Source of the DNA: an uncultured virus (IMG/VR IMGVR_UViG_3300026479_000007)
Lineage: Duplodnaviria > Heunggongvirae > Uroviricota > Caudoviricetes
IMG/VR virus record: IMGVR_UViG_3300026479_000007
Span: 118,335 to 138,334 of that record
DNA: 20,000 nt
Strand: one strand, 5' to 3'
Shown here: positions 1 to 10,113 of the stretch, piece after piece
Layout of the letters: the number at the start of each line of letters is the position of its first letter
Numbering within the stretch: the first letter of the stretch is position 1
Program-made: the position numbers and the translations under genes
The notes under the pieces: generated by a model
The model's input: only the letters and a program-made list of their open reading frames with translations
Told to the model about the DNA's origin: nothing
Databases searched by the model: none

Positions 1-1649
1 CAGGTCAAACATTTGATAATAATACTTATATATTATCTACTAAAAGAAATGATGGTGTTACTATAAATTCAGATTTATCAATTTTAGCTTCAGATGTTTA
101 TGTTGTTAGTGGTGTTTATGATGTATTAACAGGTGTTGTTACTTATACTAATTCTAGTGGTGGAACTTTTCAAGTTAGTGGTTTTACTACTGGAATGACA
201 GATAGTTATACAAGTGCAGCTAATCTTAACGGTGAAGTAATTGAATTTGATAATAATATACAAGGAACTAATTTATATAATGTAAATCTTTCCCCAGTAT
301 TAAGTGGAAAAACTAATAATACAGATTTTCATTCATATACAGCAGATACTAAAGTAGAAATAGATTCAAAATTAAATATAAATACATTTAATGTTTATAG
401 TGGTGATGTACAAACACAATTAGACTCTAAGATTGAGAATGGCATTAATAGTGGTGGTGGAAATGAAGTTTTTAGTGGTAAGTCTGGAACTGATTTATAT
501 TTTAGAACACTTAGTGGAGGTAGTAACACAACAATAACTACAATAGATGATGTTATTAGAGTTGATGTGAATGTACCTATCGATACAAATACATTTATTA
601 CAGGTGGTACATATGATGACTCTACTGATGTAATTACATTAACGAGAAATGATTCTGTTACAATAGATATTACTGGTGTTACTGATACTTTTACAACAGG
701 TGGAACTTATGATGATAATACATCTATTATTACATTTGAAAAAAATGATAGCACAACATATGATGTTGATTTAACATCCTTACCAGCGACAGATGAAGTC
801 ACAATAGAAGTTAATAATTTAAATGAAATTCAATTAAAAGAAATTGTTGAAGCACCAACTGGTGGTACAAGGACATTTGATAGTTTTATTACAATAACAA
901 GTGGTTTAACATTAAACAATTTATTCACAGGTACTTCAGTAAACAATTTAGGTGTAGATATCAATGGAAATCTTGTTATTGGAACAACTGGAGATACAGA
1001 TACAAATACTTATGTAACTGGTTTTACATATGATGATATAAATACATTCACTATATCAAGAAATGATAGTTTATCAGACTTAACAACAACTATATCAGTT
1101 TTATCTGGAGTTACTTATTATGGTGATGGAAGTAATTTAAGTGGTATATCAACAGATAATTTTTATGTTACTGGAGGTAGTTTTTCGTTAGAAACTTTAA
1201 CACTTGACAGAAATGATGGAAATAGTGTTATTGTTACTGGATTTACTTCACAACCAGATTTAAATTATGGTGAAATTTTTGTTGGAGATTCTGGTAATAC
1301 AGCACAATCAGTTCAGATGACTGGTGATGTAAATATAAATAACTTAGGAGTCACAACAATACAGCCAAATTCTGTTACTTACAATAAAATGCAAGATGTA
1401 ACTCAAAAAGCTGTATTAGGTTCAGATGTTGTTAGTGGAGGTACTGTAACAGAAATACCAATTGTTGACCAATTTTTATCTTCAGGATTAGCAACAACTC
1501 TTTTGAGTAATGTTAGTAATTGGGATATAAATGGAATATATACAGGAAGTACTATATCAAATACTTATCAAGGACAAATGTATTTCGATGGAAATTATTT
1601 TTTCATTGCTATTAATGATAATGATTGGGTTAGATTAATAAGAGGATAA
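1..1649 (+). CDS. Tail fibre-like / virion fibre protein 1 (5'-truncated by the window edge)
   Basis: The frame of ORF 195..1649 is open back to base 3 (GQTFDNNTYILSTKRNDG...), and this extension aligns with the 1459-aa ORF, so ATG 195 is internal. G/T/D/N-rich repeats (FVTGGTYD...ITLxRNDG), a YYGDGSNLSG motif, and a C-terminal GQMYFDGNYFFIAINDNDWVRL segment. Confidence 0.7.
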   Translation, partial: GQTFDNNTYILSTKRNDGVTINSDLSILASDVYVVSGVYDVLTGVVTYTNSSGGTFQVSGFTTGMTDSYTSAANLNGEVIEFDNNIQGTNLYNVNLSPVLSGKTNNTDFHSYTADTKVEIDSKLNINTFNVYSGDVQTQLDSKIENGINSGGGNEVFSGKSGTDLYFRTLSGGSNTTITTIDDVIRVDVNVPIDTNTFITGGTYDDSTDVITLTRNDSVTIDITGVTDTFTTGGTYDDNTSIITFEKNDSTTYDVDLTSLPATDEVTIEVNNLNEIQLKEIVEAPTGGTRTFDSFITITSGLTLNNLFTGTSVNNLGVDINGNLVIGTTGDTDTNTYVTGFTYDDINTFTISRNDSLSDLTTTISVLSGVTYYGDGSNLSGISTDNFYVTGGSFSLETLTLDRNDGNSVIVTGFTSQPDLNYGEIFVGDSGNTAQSVQMTGDVNINNLGVTTIQPNSVTYNKMQDVTQKAVLGSDVVSGGTVTEIPIVDQFLSSGLATTLLSNVSNWDINGIYTGSTISNTYQGQMYFDGNYFFIAINDNDWVRLIRG

Positions 1650-1650
1650 A

Positions 1651-3819
1651 ATGTCAGTTATATTAGTAAATAATAATAGATTAACGGTAAATAGTGGTAA
1701 TCCACCTGATGACCCAACACCGTACAAAACATATACTAGACCTAGTGAATGGATTGATTTACCTTCAGTAACTAGTGGTGAAGATATAATACATTTATTG
1801 GTTGCGGTATTTGAAGATGGTGATAATTATTTAGGTTTTAGATGTGCTGGTGATTTTGAAGTTGATTGGGGTGATGGTTTTAGTACTGGATATACTGCTA
1901 ACCACCCAACAACTGGTGGTGATGTAACAACATATAATATACAATATAGTGGCGTTTCGTCAGCAACAACAACAAGTTATGGTTATAGACAGGCAGTGGT
2001 AACCATTACACCACAAAGTGGACAGACATTAACGAATTTTGATATTGATGAAGTTCCTTTTGCTGGAACAGGTGGATATGGAAATACTTATAATGGTGTT
2101 TTAGAGATTAGATTATCTGTACCTAATTTAACATCGGGTGATTTAGGTAGTAGTTATAGTAATATGTTAGAACATATAGATTGGATTGGTTCTCATTCAA
2201 TTACAAATGCTACTAATTTGTTTGGATATTCTCAAATATATAAGTTGAGTAATTTTGATATGTATGGAATTACTGATGCATCTAGTATGTTTATTGGTTG
2301 TAGTAATTTAATTGAAATACCAGATTTAGATACATCTAACGTGTTACAAATGGATAGTATGTTTTATAATTGTAGTAATTTAGAAAGAGTCCCAATATTT
2401 GATTGTTCTTCAGTTACAACACTTTATAGAATGTTTTATAGTTGTAGGAGTTTAAGAGAAGTTGAACTTAATAATACCACATCTTGTACTAACTTTAGAG
2501 AAACATTCACAACCTGTGTTGTATTAAGAAAGGTTCTTGGTATCAACACAGTTAATTCAACCAACTGTCAAGGGTTATTCCAAAATTGTTATGAATTATG
2601 GAGTTTACCACCATTAGATTTGAGTAATTGTACCACAACTAGTTTAATGTTTCAAGTGACTAGGTGGTTAACTAAAAATTTATCTATTAGTAACACTGGT
2701 AACGTAACTAATATGTCTAGTATGTTTAATGGTACTGGGTTATATAAAATACCGATGATGGATACGAGTAGTGTGGTTACTATGTCTAGTATGTTTTACA
2801 ACACAAAAAACATTAAAACAATACCGTTGTTCGATACATCTAACGTGACTAATATGGTACAAATGTTCTATTCATCGGATATAGAGACACTACCACCACT
2901 AGATATGTCTAGTGTCACAGATGCTAATAACATGTTTAGACAAGCTACAGAATTAAGAGAGTTCCCAAATGTGGATACATCTAACATCCAAAATTTTTAT
3001 AGAATGTTTTATGGTTGTACTCGTTTACAATCTGTTGGGGTTGATTTTTCAACGAGTAGTGGTACAAACTTTAGGGAAACATTTAGTGGTTGTTATGAGT
3101 TGAAATGGTTACCAACAATAGATTTCAGTAATAGTGTTACGAATGAATTATATACGTTCAAGGATTGTCGTAGTTTATCATCAATAACGTGTGTTGGTAT
3201 GTCAGCTGTGACATATTGTTCGTTATGGTTCCAAAATTGTTATGAGTTGGAAAGTGTTAGTTTAGATGATACATCAAATGTAACTACAATGCAAAGCATG
3301 TTTCAAAATTGTTATAAATTAGAAGAAGGTCCTGATATGGATTTGTCAAGTTGTACAAGTATGCAACAAATGTTTTATGATTGTAATCGTCTGAAAAGTA
3401 TACCACAATACAACACATCTAATGTTACCAGTTTGTATCAAACGTTTTATTCTTGTGGTATGTTATTTGAGTTACCAACACTTGACACATCTAACGTCAC
3501 AAACACATATAGGTGTTTTTATTCAACAACAAACCAATTAAGGAAAATAGGTTCTTGGGATTTGTCTTCCGTGACTGATGGTAGAGATATGTTTAATGGT
3601 TCCACATACAATCTATCTATTTGTAATATATATGGAGCTGTACAGAATTTAGAATTCCAAAATAACAATTTAGATAGGGATAACATAGTGAATATATTCA
3701 ACAATTTAGGTATAGCATCAGCTAAAGTTATAAATGTTAGTGGTAATCCAGGTACAGCAAATTTATCTGCTACTGATATTTTAATAGCAACTAACAAAGG
3801 ATGGACAGTAACAATATAA
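1651..3819 (+). CDS. BspA/DUF285-like leucine-rich-repeat protein, putative receptor-binding/adhesin
   Basis: About 20 tandem ~24-aa repeats of consensus DTSNVTxMxxMFxxCxxLxxLPxL (approx. 2197..3625). N-terminal region contains a PKD-like VDWGDG motif; C-terminal cap ends ATNKGWTVTI. Confidence 0.8.
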   Translation: MSVILVNNNRLTVNSGNPPDDPTPYKTYTRPSEWIDLPSVTSGEDIIHLLVAVFEDGDNYLGFRCAGDFEVDWGDGFSTGYTANHPTTGGDVTTYNIQYSGVSSATTTSYGYRQAVVTITPQSGQTLTNFDIDEVPFAGTGGYGNTYNGVLEIRLSVPNLTSGDLGSSYSNMLEHIDWIGSHSITNATNLFGYSQIYKLSNFDMYGITDASSMFIGCSNLIEIPDLDTSNVLQMDSMFYNCSNLERVPIFDCSSVTTLYRMFYSCRSLREVELNNTTSCTNFRETFTTCVVLRKVLGINTVNSTNCQGLFQNCYELWSLPPLDLSNCTTTSLMFQVTRWLTKNLSISNTGNVTNMSSMFNGTGLYKIPMMDTSSVVTMSSMFYNTKNIKTIPLFDTSNVTNMVQMFYSSDIETLPPLDMSSVTDANNMFRQATELREFPNVDTSNIQNFYRMFYGCTRLQSVGVDFSTSSGTNFRETFSGCYELKWLPTIDFSNSVTNELYTFKDCRSLSSITCVGMSAVTYCSLWFQNCYELESVSLDDTSNVTTMQSMFQNCYKLEEGPDMDLSSCTSMQQMFYDCNRLKSIPQYNTSNVTSLYQTFYSCGMLFELPTLDTSNVTNTYRCFYSTTNQLRKIGSWDLSSVTDGRDMFNGSTYNLSICNIYGAVQNLEFQNNNLDRDNIVNIFNNLGIASAKVINVSGNPGTANLSATDILIATNKGWTVTI

Positions 3820-3823
3820 TAAA

Positions 3824-4021
3824 ATGGAAAAATTAGATACAAGTGGATTTTATAAGTTTGATGGTGAAAAATGGTTTTATGCACCTAATGCTGTTTATAA
3901 TTTAAATTATACACTTTTAAAAGAAAATAAAGATACATATGAATATCCGATTGATGATTGGTTTTGGAGTCAAGAGTCTCCAGAAGAATATTTAATTTGG
4001 ATAGAAAGTAATAAAGAATAA
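3824..4021 (+). CDS. Small hypothetical protein (65 aa, aromatic-rich), possible partner/chaperone of the LRR protein
   Basis: Fills the gap on the coding strand, starts 4 nt after the LRR stop, A-rich start context. Confidence 0.7.
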   Translation: MEKLDTSGFYKFDGEKWFYAPNAVYNLNYTLLKENKDTYEYPIDDWFWSQESPEEYLIWIESNKE

Positions 4022-4029
4022 AAATGATA

Positions 4030-4037
4030 ATATTTAT
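4030..4037 (+). promoter_or_regulatory. ATATTTAT motif, putative late promoter element
   Basis: In a 21-nt gap, 5 nt before ATG 4043; the same octamer occurs in four other intergenic gaps. Confidence 0.55.
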
Positions 4038-4042
4038 TAAAG

Positions 4043-7000
4043 ATGAGTGCAACTAAAAATATAAATGCTGAAAAAATACAAGGAAATTTATCTCTCGATA
4101 GTGTTTCTGGAGTTACAATAAGTGGTGGAACTATTTATTCTGGTTCTACTGATTTATCTGATTTATTTGTTACTTCTAATGTAAATGTTCAGCCAGGTAT
4201 TAACATAAATACAGGAGGTACAGCAAGTAATCCTATTATAAATTTAGATGATGATATTTCTTTAAATTCAATATCAACTAATATTATAAGTGGAGGTACT
4301 TTTTATGGTGATGGAAGTAATTTAAGTGGTATATCAACAGATAATTTTTATGTAACTGGCGGTACTTTTTCATCTCAAATTTTAACATTAGAAAGAAATG
4401 ATGGCAATAATGTTTTAGTTAGTGGTTTTACAGATTTTTATACCACTGGAGGTACTTACGATAATAATACTTCATTAATTACTTTTGAAAGAAATGATGG
4501 TAATTCTTTTGATGTTGATTTATCGTCAATAGATGTTAATGATACATTTGTAACTGGTCAAACTTTTAATAGTTTAACTTATAATTTATCAACAAGTAGA
4601 AATGATGGTATTACTATTAATACTGATTTATCATCTTTAGCATCTGATGTTTATGTTGTTAGTGGTATTTATGATATATTGACAGGCATTGTCACTTATA
4701 CAAATTCTACTGGAGGGACTTTTCAGGTTAGTGGTTTTACCACTGGAATGACAGATAGTTATACAACAGCCGCTAATCTTAATGGTGAAACGATTGAGTT
4801 TGACAATAATATACAAGGAGGTAATTTGTATAGTGTAAACCTTTCCCCAGTCTTAAGTGGAAAAACTGATTTAACATTATTTGATACACATACTGGCGAT
4901 ACAAATAACCCACATCAAACATCATTTAATAATTTAATATCTACAGCACATACTCATACAATATCTGATGTTACCAATTTACAGACCGAATTAGATTCTA
5001 AAATTCAAAACGGAATTAATAGTGGTGGTGCTAATGAAGTGTTTAGTGGCAAGTCTGGAACAGATTTATATTTTAGGACAATTAGTGGTGGTAGTAATAC
5101 TACAATCACAACAATAGATGATATTATTAAAGTTGATGTTTCTATACCTATTGATACAAATACATTTGTTACTGGTGGTACATTCTCATCGGAAACATTA
5201 ACATTAGATAGAAATGATGGTGGTAGTGTTGTTGTAACAGGATTTACAACAGGTGGTGGTGATAACTTCTATGTTACTGGATTTACATATGATGATGCTA
5301 ACACATTTACAATTAGTAGAAATGGTGGTTTAAGCGATTTATCAGCAACTATTAACACTCTTACAGGGTTAACAATAGATGGGGTGTTATCAGCATCTAC
5401 ATACACAGGTATAACACTTAACGATTTAGATGATGTAACAACAAATATACCAGCAACACCAGATAATACATATCAAGGTAGATTACTTTATTTTGATGCA
5501 CCTACTAATCAATGGTTAACAGGTGAAGAATATGTTTCTGCTGGTAATGTAACTATATGGAGTAAAAAAGGTTCTGCTGGAACAATAGATAAGGGTTGTC
5601 CAGTTTATATTACAGGGTTTGATAATGATATACATGAAGTTGAATTGGCTAATGCATCAACTGGTAGTACAATGCCAGTAATTGGGTTTACTGCTGAAGA
5701 TTTTGATAATGCTGGTGTTTATCCACTTATCACTTTCGGTAAATTAAGCGGTATTGATACGACAAGTGGTTCAACAACTCTTAACCCATTTGGTGAAACA
5801 TGGGAAGTTAATGATGTTCTTTATATGTCAAAAACTGATGGTGGGTTAACTAAATTCAGACCAACTGGTACAAATACACAAATACAAAGAATTGCTAAAG
5901 TATTAAATGTTGGTACTACAAACGGACAAATATTTATATTTAACACTGCTAGAACTGCTGGTTTACCAAACTTAACAACAGGTTATTTATGGGTTGGTAA
6001 TGGGGACAATTTACCACAAGAAGTTATTAGAACTGATGTGGGTATAACTACTACAGGATTTACATATAATGATAATAACACATTTACGATAACCGATGAT
6101 AATGGTGGTTCACTTACTTCAACATTTAATCAAGTTAGTGGTTTAACAATAAATGGTGATTTAGATGTTACAGGTGATACAACACTTAATACACTAACAG
6201 CTAGTAGTATTACATCAAACTCGGCAATAGATGTATTTAACGGACATATTAATTTAAGAGATAATTCTTATTTCTTACAAGGTAGAACAATTGCTGATGT
6301 TAATGTATCTCTAATTGGTGTTGATAATCAAGATAGAGTATTTGTTGGTAATGCTGGATATGATACATACATAGATAGTGATACTATTGTAGATGGCAGT
6401 TTAACTGCTACAACATATTATGGTGATGGTTCTAATTTAAGCGGAACTACTCCATGGAGTCAATCAGGCACAAGTATATATTATAATGATGGAAATGTTG
6501 GTATTGGTGTTAGTGACCCAACATTTAATTTAGATATTGTTAGTAGTGGTGGCACATCTAGTTTTGAAGATATTGCTAGATTTAGAACTATAGATAGTAC
6601 AGATTATTTAGCTATAACTAATGCTGTATCTACAGATGGTTCATTCAACCCAGTTTTTAGGTCTTTTAATAATACTAATACATCAACAAACTTATATATA
6701 CAATCAGTTATAGACCCTTCTGTAGATACTGGTGTCAACCCATTGATAATGTTACAAGGTAGAGTTACCACAAACCCTGGGGTTGACCCTTGGAGTGGTG
6801 TTACTACTAGACCCATTGTTAGAGTTAGAAACAATAGTGCTAACTTATTAGATGTAACAGCGGATGGTAAAGTTGGTATTGGTACAATTACACCAAGTGA
6901 TATATTAGAAGTGACAGATGGTACAACAACATTTGCGACTAATTTAGATAATGGTAGTGGACCACTTATAAGTGTTGTAACAAGTGATACAGATAGTTTA

Positions 7001-8422
7001 ATTAGATTTGGAGCAACAGATGGTACTAGTTCAATAAATGTCGGTACTGTCGGAACTACTTATTCTGGAATACAATCTTTTGGTGTACCTAGTGATAGTT
7101 ATATTTATTCTAATTCTGCTGCAAATGGTTTAAATTTGATTAACGGACCTGGTACTGGAACAGAAGATTACATTAGATTTTATGCTGGAGGTAATGCGTT
7201 ATCAACTTCGCATTTACATATCCAAGGTTCTGGTAGTACAAAAGGATATATTGGTATTGGTACTGAAACTCCAACACAAAAATTACATATTTATGATTCA
7301 GTTGCAAATAGTTTAGCTAATTTTGAGAGTGGAGATGAAAGAGTAAATATTAGATTTAATGATTCATTAACGACAAATACACCAGTCATTGGAGCAAGTG
7401 GAAACACTATTACATTTGGGCATATTTCAGGAGGAGATAAGTTAGTTATTGACAATGATGGTTATGTTGGTGTTGGTGTAGAAACTCCATCTGATAGATT
7501 GTCGGTATCTGGTTCAACAGGTCAGTTTCGTGCAAGAGTTGATAGAACGTTGCCATATACAGCTGAATTTTATGGAAAGACAACAAATTCTTCTGGTTCA
7601 ACAGTAATGCAATTAATTAACGATAATGTAAGTTCTATTGTTATGGGTGTATTAGGTTCAAATCGAGATGCATCTGTTGCATATGGTGGAGAATCAGATG
7701 ATACGTTTATGTTTGCTTCAACAGCAGCAAATAACTTACATATATTTAATGGTGCAGGAACGGGCACAGAAGATAGTATTAATTTCTATGCAGGAAATAA
7801 TGCTACAGCAACACCACACTTACATATTCATGGTTCTGGTAGTACAAAAGGGTATATTGGTGTAGGGATAGGAAATCCTCAATACACTTTAGATGTTTTA
7901 GGAGAAACAAGATTGTCTGGAAGTGGACAAAATGTTTTAACAATTATTGGTTCAAGTTCTACTGACCCATTATTTACAGTTCAAGGTTCTGCTGGTGAAT
8001 TATTTAGTATTACAGACAATCTTACTGGTACACTATTCGCTGTTAATGATATATCTGGATTGCCTATTTTAGAAGTTAATAGTGATGATGAAATTTTGAT
8101 GGGTAATTATCAAGCTCCTTCATTAAATACAACATTCAAAACTTCAATAACATCAGGTTTAACAGAATTGTATTCAATACCTTTAAGTGCATATACTGGT
8201 GGGTTCTTTGAATATACTTTAACAGGAACTGGTGCTAGAGCTGGTTCAATTATGTCAATATTTAGTGGTTCATCTGTTAACTATACAGAAACAACTACTA
8301 CAGATATAGGTGATACTAGTCCTGTTACATTTGATATGAATGTGTCTGGAGGTACAGCTAATTTAACTGTATCAGCAACAACTGGTACTTGGGAAATAAA
8401 AACAATAGTAAGAAGTATATAA
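4043..8422 (+). CDS. Long tail fibre-like protein 2 (1459 aa)
   Basis: N-terminal TGGT...RNDG repeats, His motifs (THTGDTNNPH, AHTHT) as seen in phage fibres, repeated GNVGIG/GYIGIGTxTP shaft motifs, and a beta-rich C-terminal domain ending WEIKTIVRSI. Confidence 0.75.
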   Translation: MSATKNINAEKIQGNLSLDSVSGVTISGGTIYSGSTDLSDLFVTSNVNVQPGININTGGTASNPIINLDDDISLNSISTNIISGGTFYGDGSNLSGISTDNFYVTGGTFSSQILTLERNDGNNVLVSGFTDFYTTGGTYDNNTSLITFERNDGNSFDVDLSSIDVNDTFVTGQTFNSLTYNLSTSRNDGITINTDLSSLASDVYVVSGIYDILTGIVTYTNSTGGTFQVSGFTTGMTDSYTTAANLNGETIEFDNNIQGGNLYSVNLSPVLSGKTDLTLFDTHTGDTNNPHQTSFNNLISTAHTHTISDVTNLQTELDSKIQNGINSGGANEVFSGKSGTDLYFRTISGGSNTTITTIDDIIKVDVSIPIDTNTFVTGGTFSSETLTLDRNDGGSVVVTGFTTGGGDNFYVTGFTYDDANTFTISRNGGLSDLSATINTLTGLTIDGVLSASTYTGITLNDLDDVTTNIPATPDNTYQGRLLYFDAPTNQWLTGEEYVSAGNVTIWSKKGSAGTIDKGCPVYITGFDNDIHEVELANASTGSTMPVIGFTAEDFDNAGVYPLITFGKLSGIDTTSGSTTLNPFGETWEVNDVLYMSKTDGGLTKFRPTGTNTQIQRIAKVLNVGTTNGQIFIFNTARTAGLPNLTTGYLWVGNGDNLPQEVIRTDVGITTTGFTYNDNNTFTITDDNGGSLTSTFNQVSGLTINGDLDVTGDTTLNTLTASSITSNSAIDVFNGHINLRDNSYFLQGRTIADVNVSLIGVDNQDRVFVGNAGYDTYIDSDTIVDGSLTATTYYGDGSNLSGTTPWSQSGTSIYYNDGNVGIGVSDPTFNLDIVSSGGTSSFEDIARFRTIDSTDYLAITNAVSTDGSFNPVFRSFNNTNTSTNLYIQSVIDPSVDTGVNPLIMLQGRVTTNPGVDPWSGVTTRPIVRVRNNSANLLDVTADGKVGIGTITPSDILEVTDGTTTFATNLDNGSGPLISVVTSDTDSLIRFGATDGTSSINVGTVGTTYSGIQSFGVPSDSYIYSNSAANGLNLINGPGTGTEDYIRFYAGGNALSTSHLHIQGSGSTKGYIGIGTETPTQKLHIYDSVANSLANFESGDERVNIRFNDSLTTNTPVIGASGNTITFGHISGGDKLVIDNDGYVGVGVETPSDRLSVSGSTGQFRARVDRTLPYTAEFYGKTTNSSGSTVMQLINDNVSSIVMGVLGSNRDASVAYGGESDDTFMFASTAANNLHIFNGAGTGTEDSINFYAGNNATATPHLHIHGSGSTKGYIGVGIGNPQYTLDVLGETRLSGSGQNVLTIIGSSSTDPLFTVQGSAGELFSITDNLTGTLFAVNDISGLPILEVNSDDEILMGNYQAPSLNTTFKTSITSGLTELYSIPLSAYTGGFFEYTLTGTGARAGSIMSIFSGSSVNYTETTTTDIGDTSPVTFDMNVSGGTANLTVSATTGTWEIKTIVRSI
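4303..4353 (+). repeat. Exact 51-nt repeat of 1118..1168
   Basis: ttatggtgatggaagtaatttaagtggtatatcaacagataatttttatgt at both positions. Confidence 0.9.
4554..5182 (+). repeat. Diverged direct repeat of 1..611 (block shared by fibres 1 and 2)
   Basis: 1..314 is collinear with 4554..4867, and 411..611 with 4982..5182; the intervening segments are dissimilar. Confidence 0.9.
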
Positions 8423-8425
8423 AAT

Positions 8426-9124
8426 ATGAGTTTTCATTATTCACCAAAAATAGTTACAGATGGGTTAGAGTTTTATGTTGATGCTTCTAATTATAAAAGT
8501 TATGTTAGTGGTAGTACAACTGAATATGATTTAGTTGGTTCCCAAGACATGACATTAAATAATGGTGTTTCATATACAACAGATAATTTAGGTAGTTTAG
8601 TGTTTGATGGTTTAGATGATTATACCCAGACAGTAAATAACTATAATCGTGAAAAACCATCTATGAGTTGGGATGTTTGGTTTAATAGAACACAATCAAA
8701 CAATAATAACAATATGCCATGGTCAAATTTCTTACCGTATCTCGCATTTAGGTTTGATAATAGATTTATGTTTTCTTTTTCGACTAGATTAACTGGTACC
8801 ACTACTCAAAGAAGTTTATTTACTACCACAACATATTCTGATAACACATGGTATAACGTATGTTCTACGCTACATCAAGATTTTTCATCTGGTGATGTAA
8901 CGGTACAAATATATGTGAATGGAGAATTGGAAACGTCAAATACATGGACTGGAATTGTGGATGAATATTATTCTACACCATATGAACTAAGAATTGGTAA
9001 CCATAGAGGAGCATCATACCCATTTGAAGGCAAAATACCAAGTTTAAAAATATATAATAAAATATTAAGTGCTGATGAAGTTAGACAAAACTATAACGCA
9101 TTAAAAACAAGATTTGGATTATGA
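8426..9124 (+). CDS. LamG/concanavalin A-like lectin-fold protein
   Basis: IVTDGLEFYVDA...FDGLDDY...WYNV...IYVNGELE...LKIYNKILSADEVRQNYNA pattern typical of LamG-like (Laminin_G_3) domains. Confidence 0.8.
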   Translation: MSFHYSPKIVTDGLEFYVDASNYKSYVSGSTTEYDLVGSQDMTLNNGVSYTTDNLGSLVFDGLDDYTQTVNNYNREKPSMSWDVWFNRTQSNNNNNMPWSNFLPYLAFRFDNRFMFSFSTRLTGTTTQRSLFTTTTYSDNTWYNVCSTLHQDFSSGDVTVQIYVNGELETSNTWTGIVDEYYSTPYELRIGNHRGASYPFEGKIPSLKIYNKILSADEVRQNYNALKTRFGL

Positions 9125-9840
9125 GTGGAGTAGTAGGACCAAGATTCGGAATAGTACAAGAAGGTTTAGTTTTAAACTTAGACGCTGGTAATACATCATC
9201 TTATCCAGGTACAGGAACAGATTGGTTCGATTTAACTTCAAATAATAATGATGGGGTTTTAACTAATGGAGCATCATATGTAACCGATGGTGGTGGAAGT
9301 ATATCATTTGATGGTGTGAATGATTATGTTAATTTTAATGATAGTGACTTATTTAGTTTTGGTAACGGTACAAGTGATAATCCTTTTAGTGTGGGTTGTT
9401 GGGTGTACTGTGATAGTTCTGTTAGGTTTAGAACACTATCTAAAGCTACTGAATGGTTACATGGTCCTTTTGGTAATAGTGTACTTGGTTTAATTTTATT
9501 AGATAATAACTCTTCAAATTATATCGCTAGAACTACTACTACAGCTATACCAATAAATGTTTGGACTTCATTAATTTCAACATATGATGGTTCTGGATTA
9601 AGTACTGGAATTAAACATTATATTAACGGAGTAGAGGCTACTGGTTATAATAATTTGTCAGCTGGTTCTTATACCGCAATGAATAATAACTCTACTAATT
9701 TTTACGTAGGAAGAGATAGTGATTTTGGGGGTTATCACGCAAATGGAAAAATAGCGAATTCTCAAATCTACAATAGAGTTCTAACTGATTCAGAAGCATT
9801 ACAAAACTATAACGCAACCAAAGGTAGATTTGGACTTTAA
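9121..9840 (+). CDS. LamG/concanavalin A-like lectin-fold protein
   Basis: GLVLNLDAGN...WFDL...FDGVNDYV...TYDGS...YING...IYNRVLTDSEALQNYNA; ATGA overlap with the upstream gene. Confidence 0.8.
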   Translation: MSGVVGPRFGIVQEGLVLNLDAGNTSSYPGTGTDWFDLTSNNNDGVLTNGASYVTDGGGSISFDGVNDYVNFNDSDLFSFGNGTSDNPFSVGCWVYCDSSVRFRTLSKATEWLHGPFGNSVLGLILLDNNSSNYIARTTTTAIPINVWTSLISTYDGSGLSTGIKHYINGVEATGYNNLSAGSYTAMNNNSTNFYVGRDSDFGGYHANGKIANSQIYNRVLTDSEALQNYNATKGRFGL

Positions 9841-9852
9841 AAATAAAATATT

Positions 9853-10110
9853 ATGACAAATTACGAAACAAGACAATTTATGATTTTTAATGTATCTGAG
9901 TTAGGTACAGTTGATTTCACACAAGTATTAGAAACATCACAAGATACAATTAGACGTTCAGTTGATGAAACTAAAACATTTGTTAAATGGGAAGGTGAAA
10001 CAATACCATCCTCTATTAAATCACTAACAACAAAAGAAGGACCATATACATACACTGAAATTAAAACAATTTTAAGTGGTACGGAATGGACTTCAACTGA
10101 AGAATTATGA
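9853..10110 (+). CDS. Small hypothetical protein (85 aa) within the LamG cluster
   Basis: Coding-strand ORF that fills the gap between two LamG genes with 12- and 3-nt spacers. Confidence 0.75.
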   Translation: MTNYETRQFMIFNVSELGTVDFTQVLETSQDTIRRSVDETKTFVKWEGETIPSSIKSLTTKEGPYTYTEIKTILSGTEWTSTEEL

Positions 10111-10113
10111 TTT

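Noticed and set aside
195..197. ATG 195 as the start of fibre 1
   Set aside because: The frame is open to the window start and the upstream translation is homologous to fibre 2, where the equivalent Met (4748) is internal.
2197..3625. CRISPR-like array suggested by ~72-nt periodic acatctaa motifs
   Set aside because: The periodicity is the in-frame LRR protein repeat; units are degenerate and no cas genes are present.
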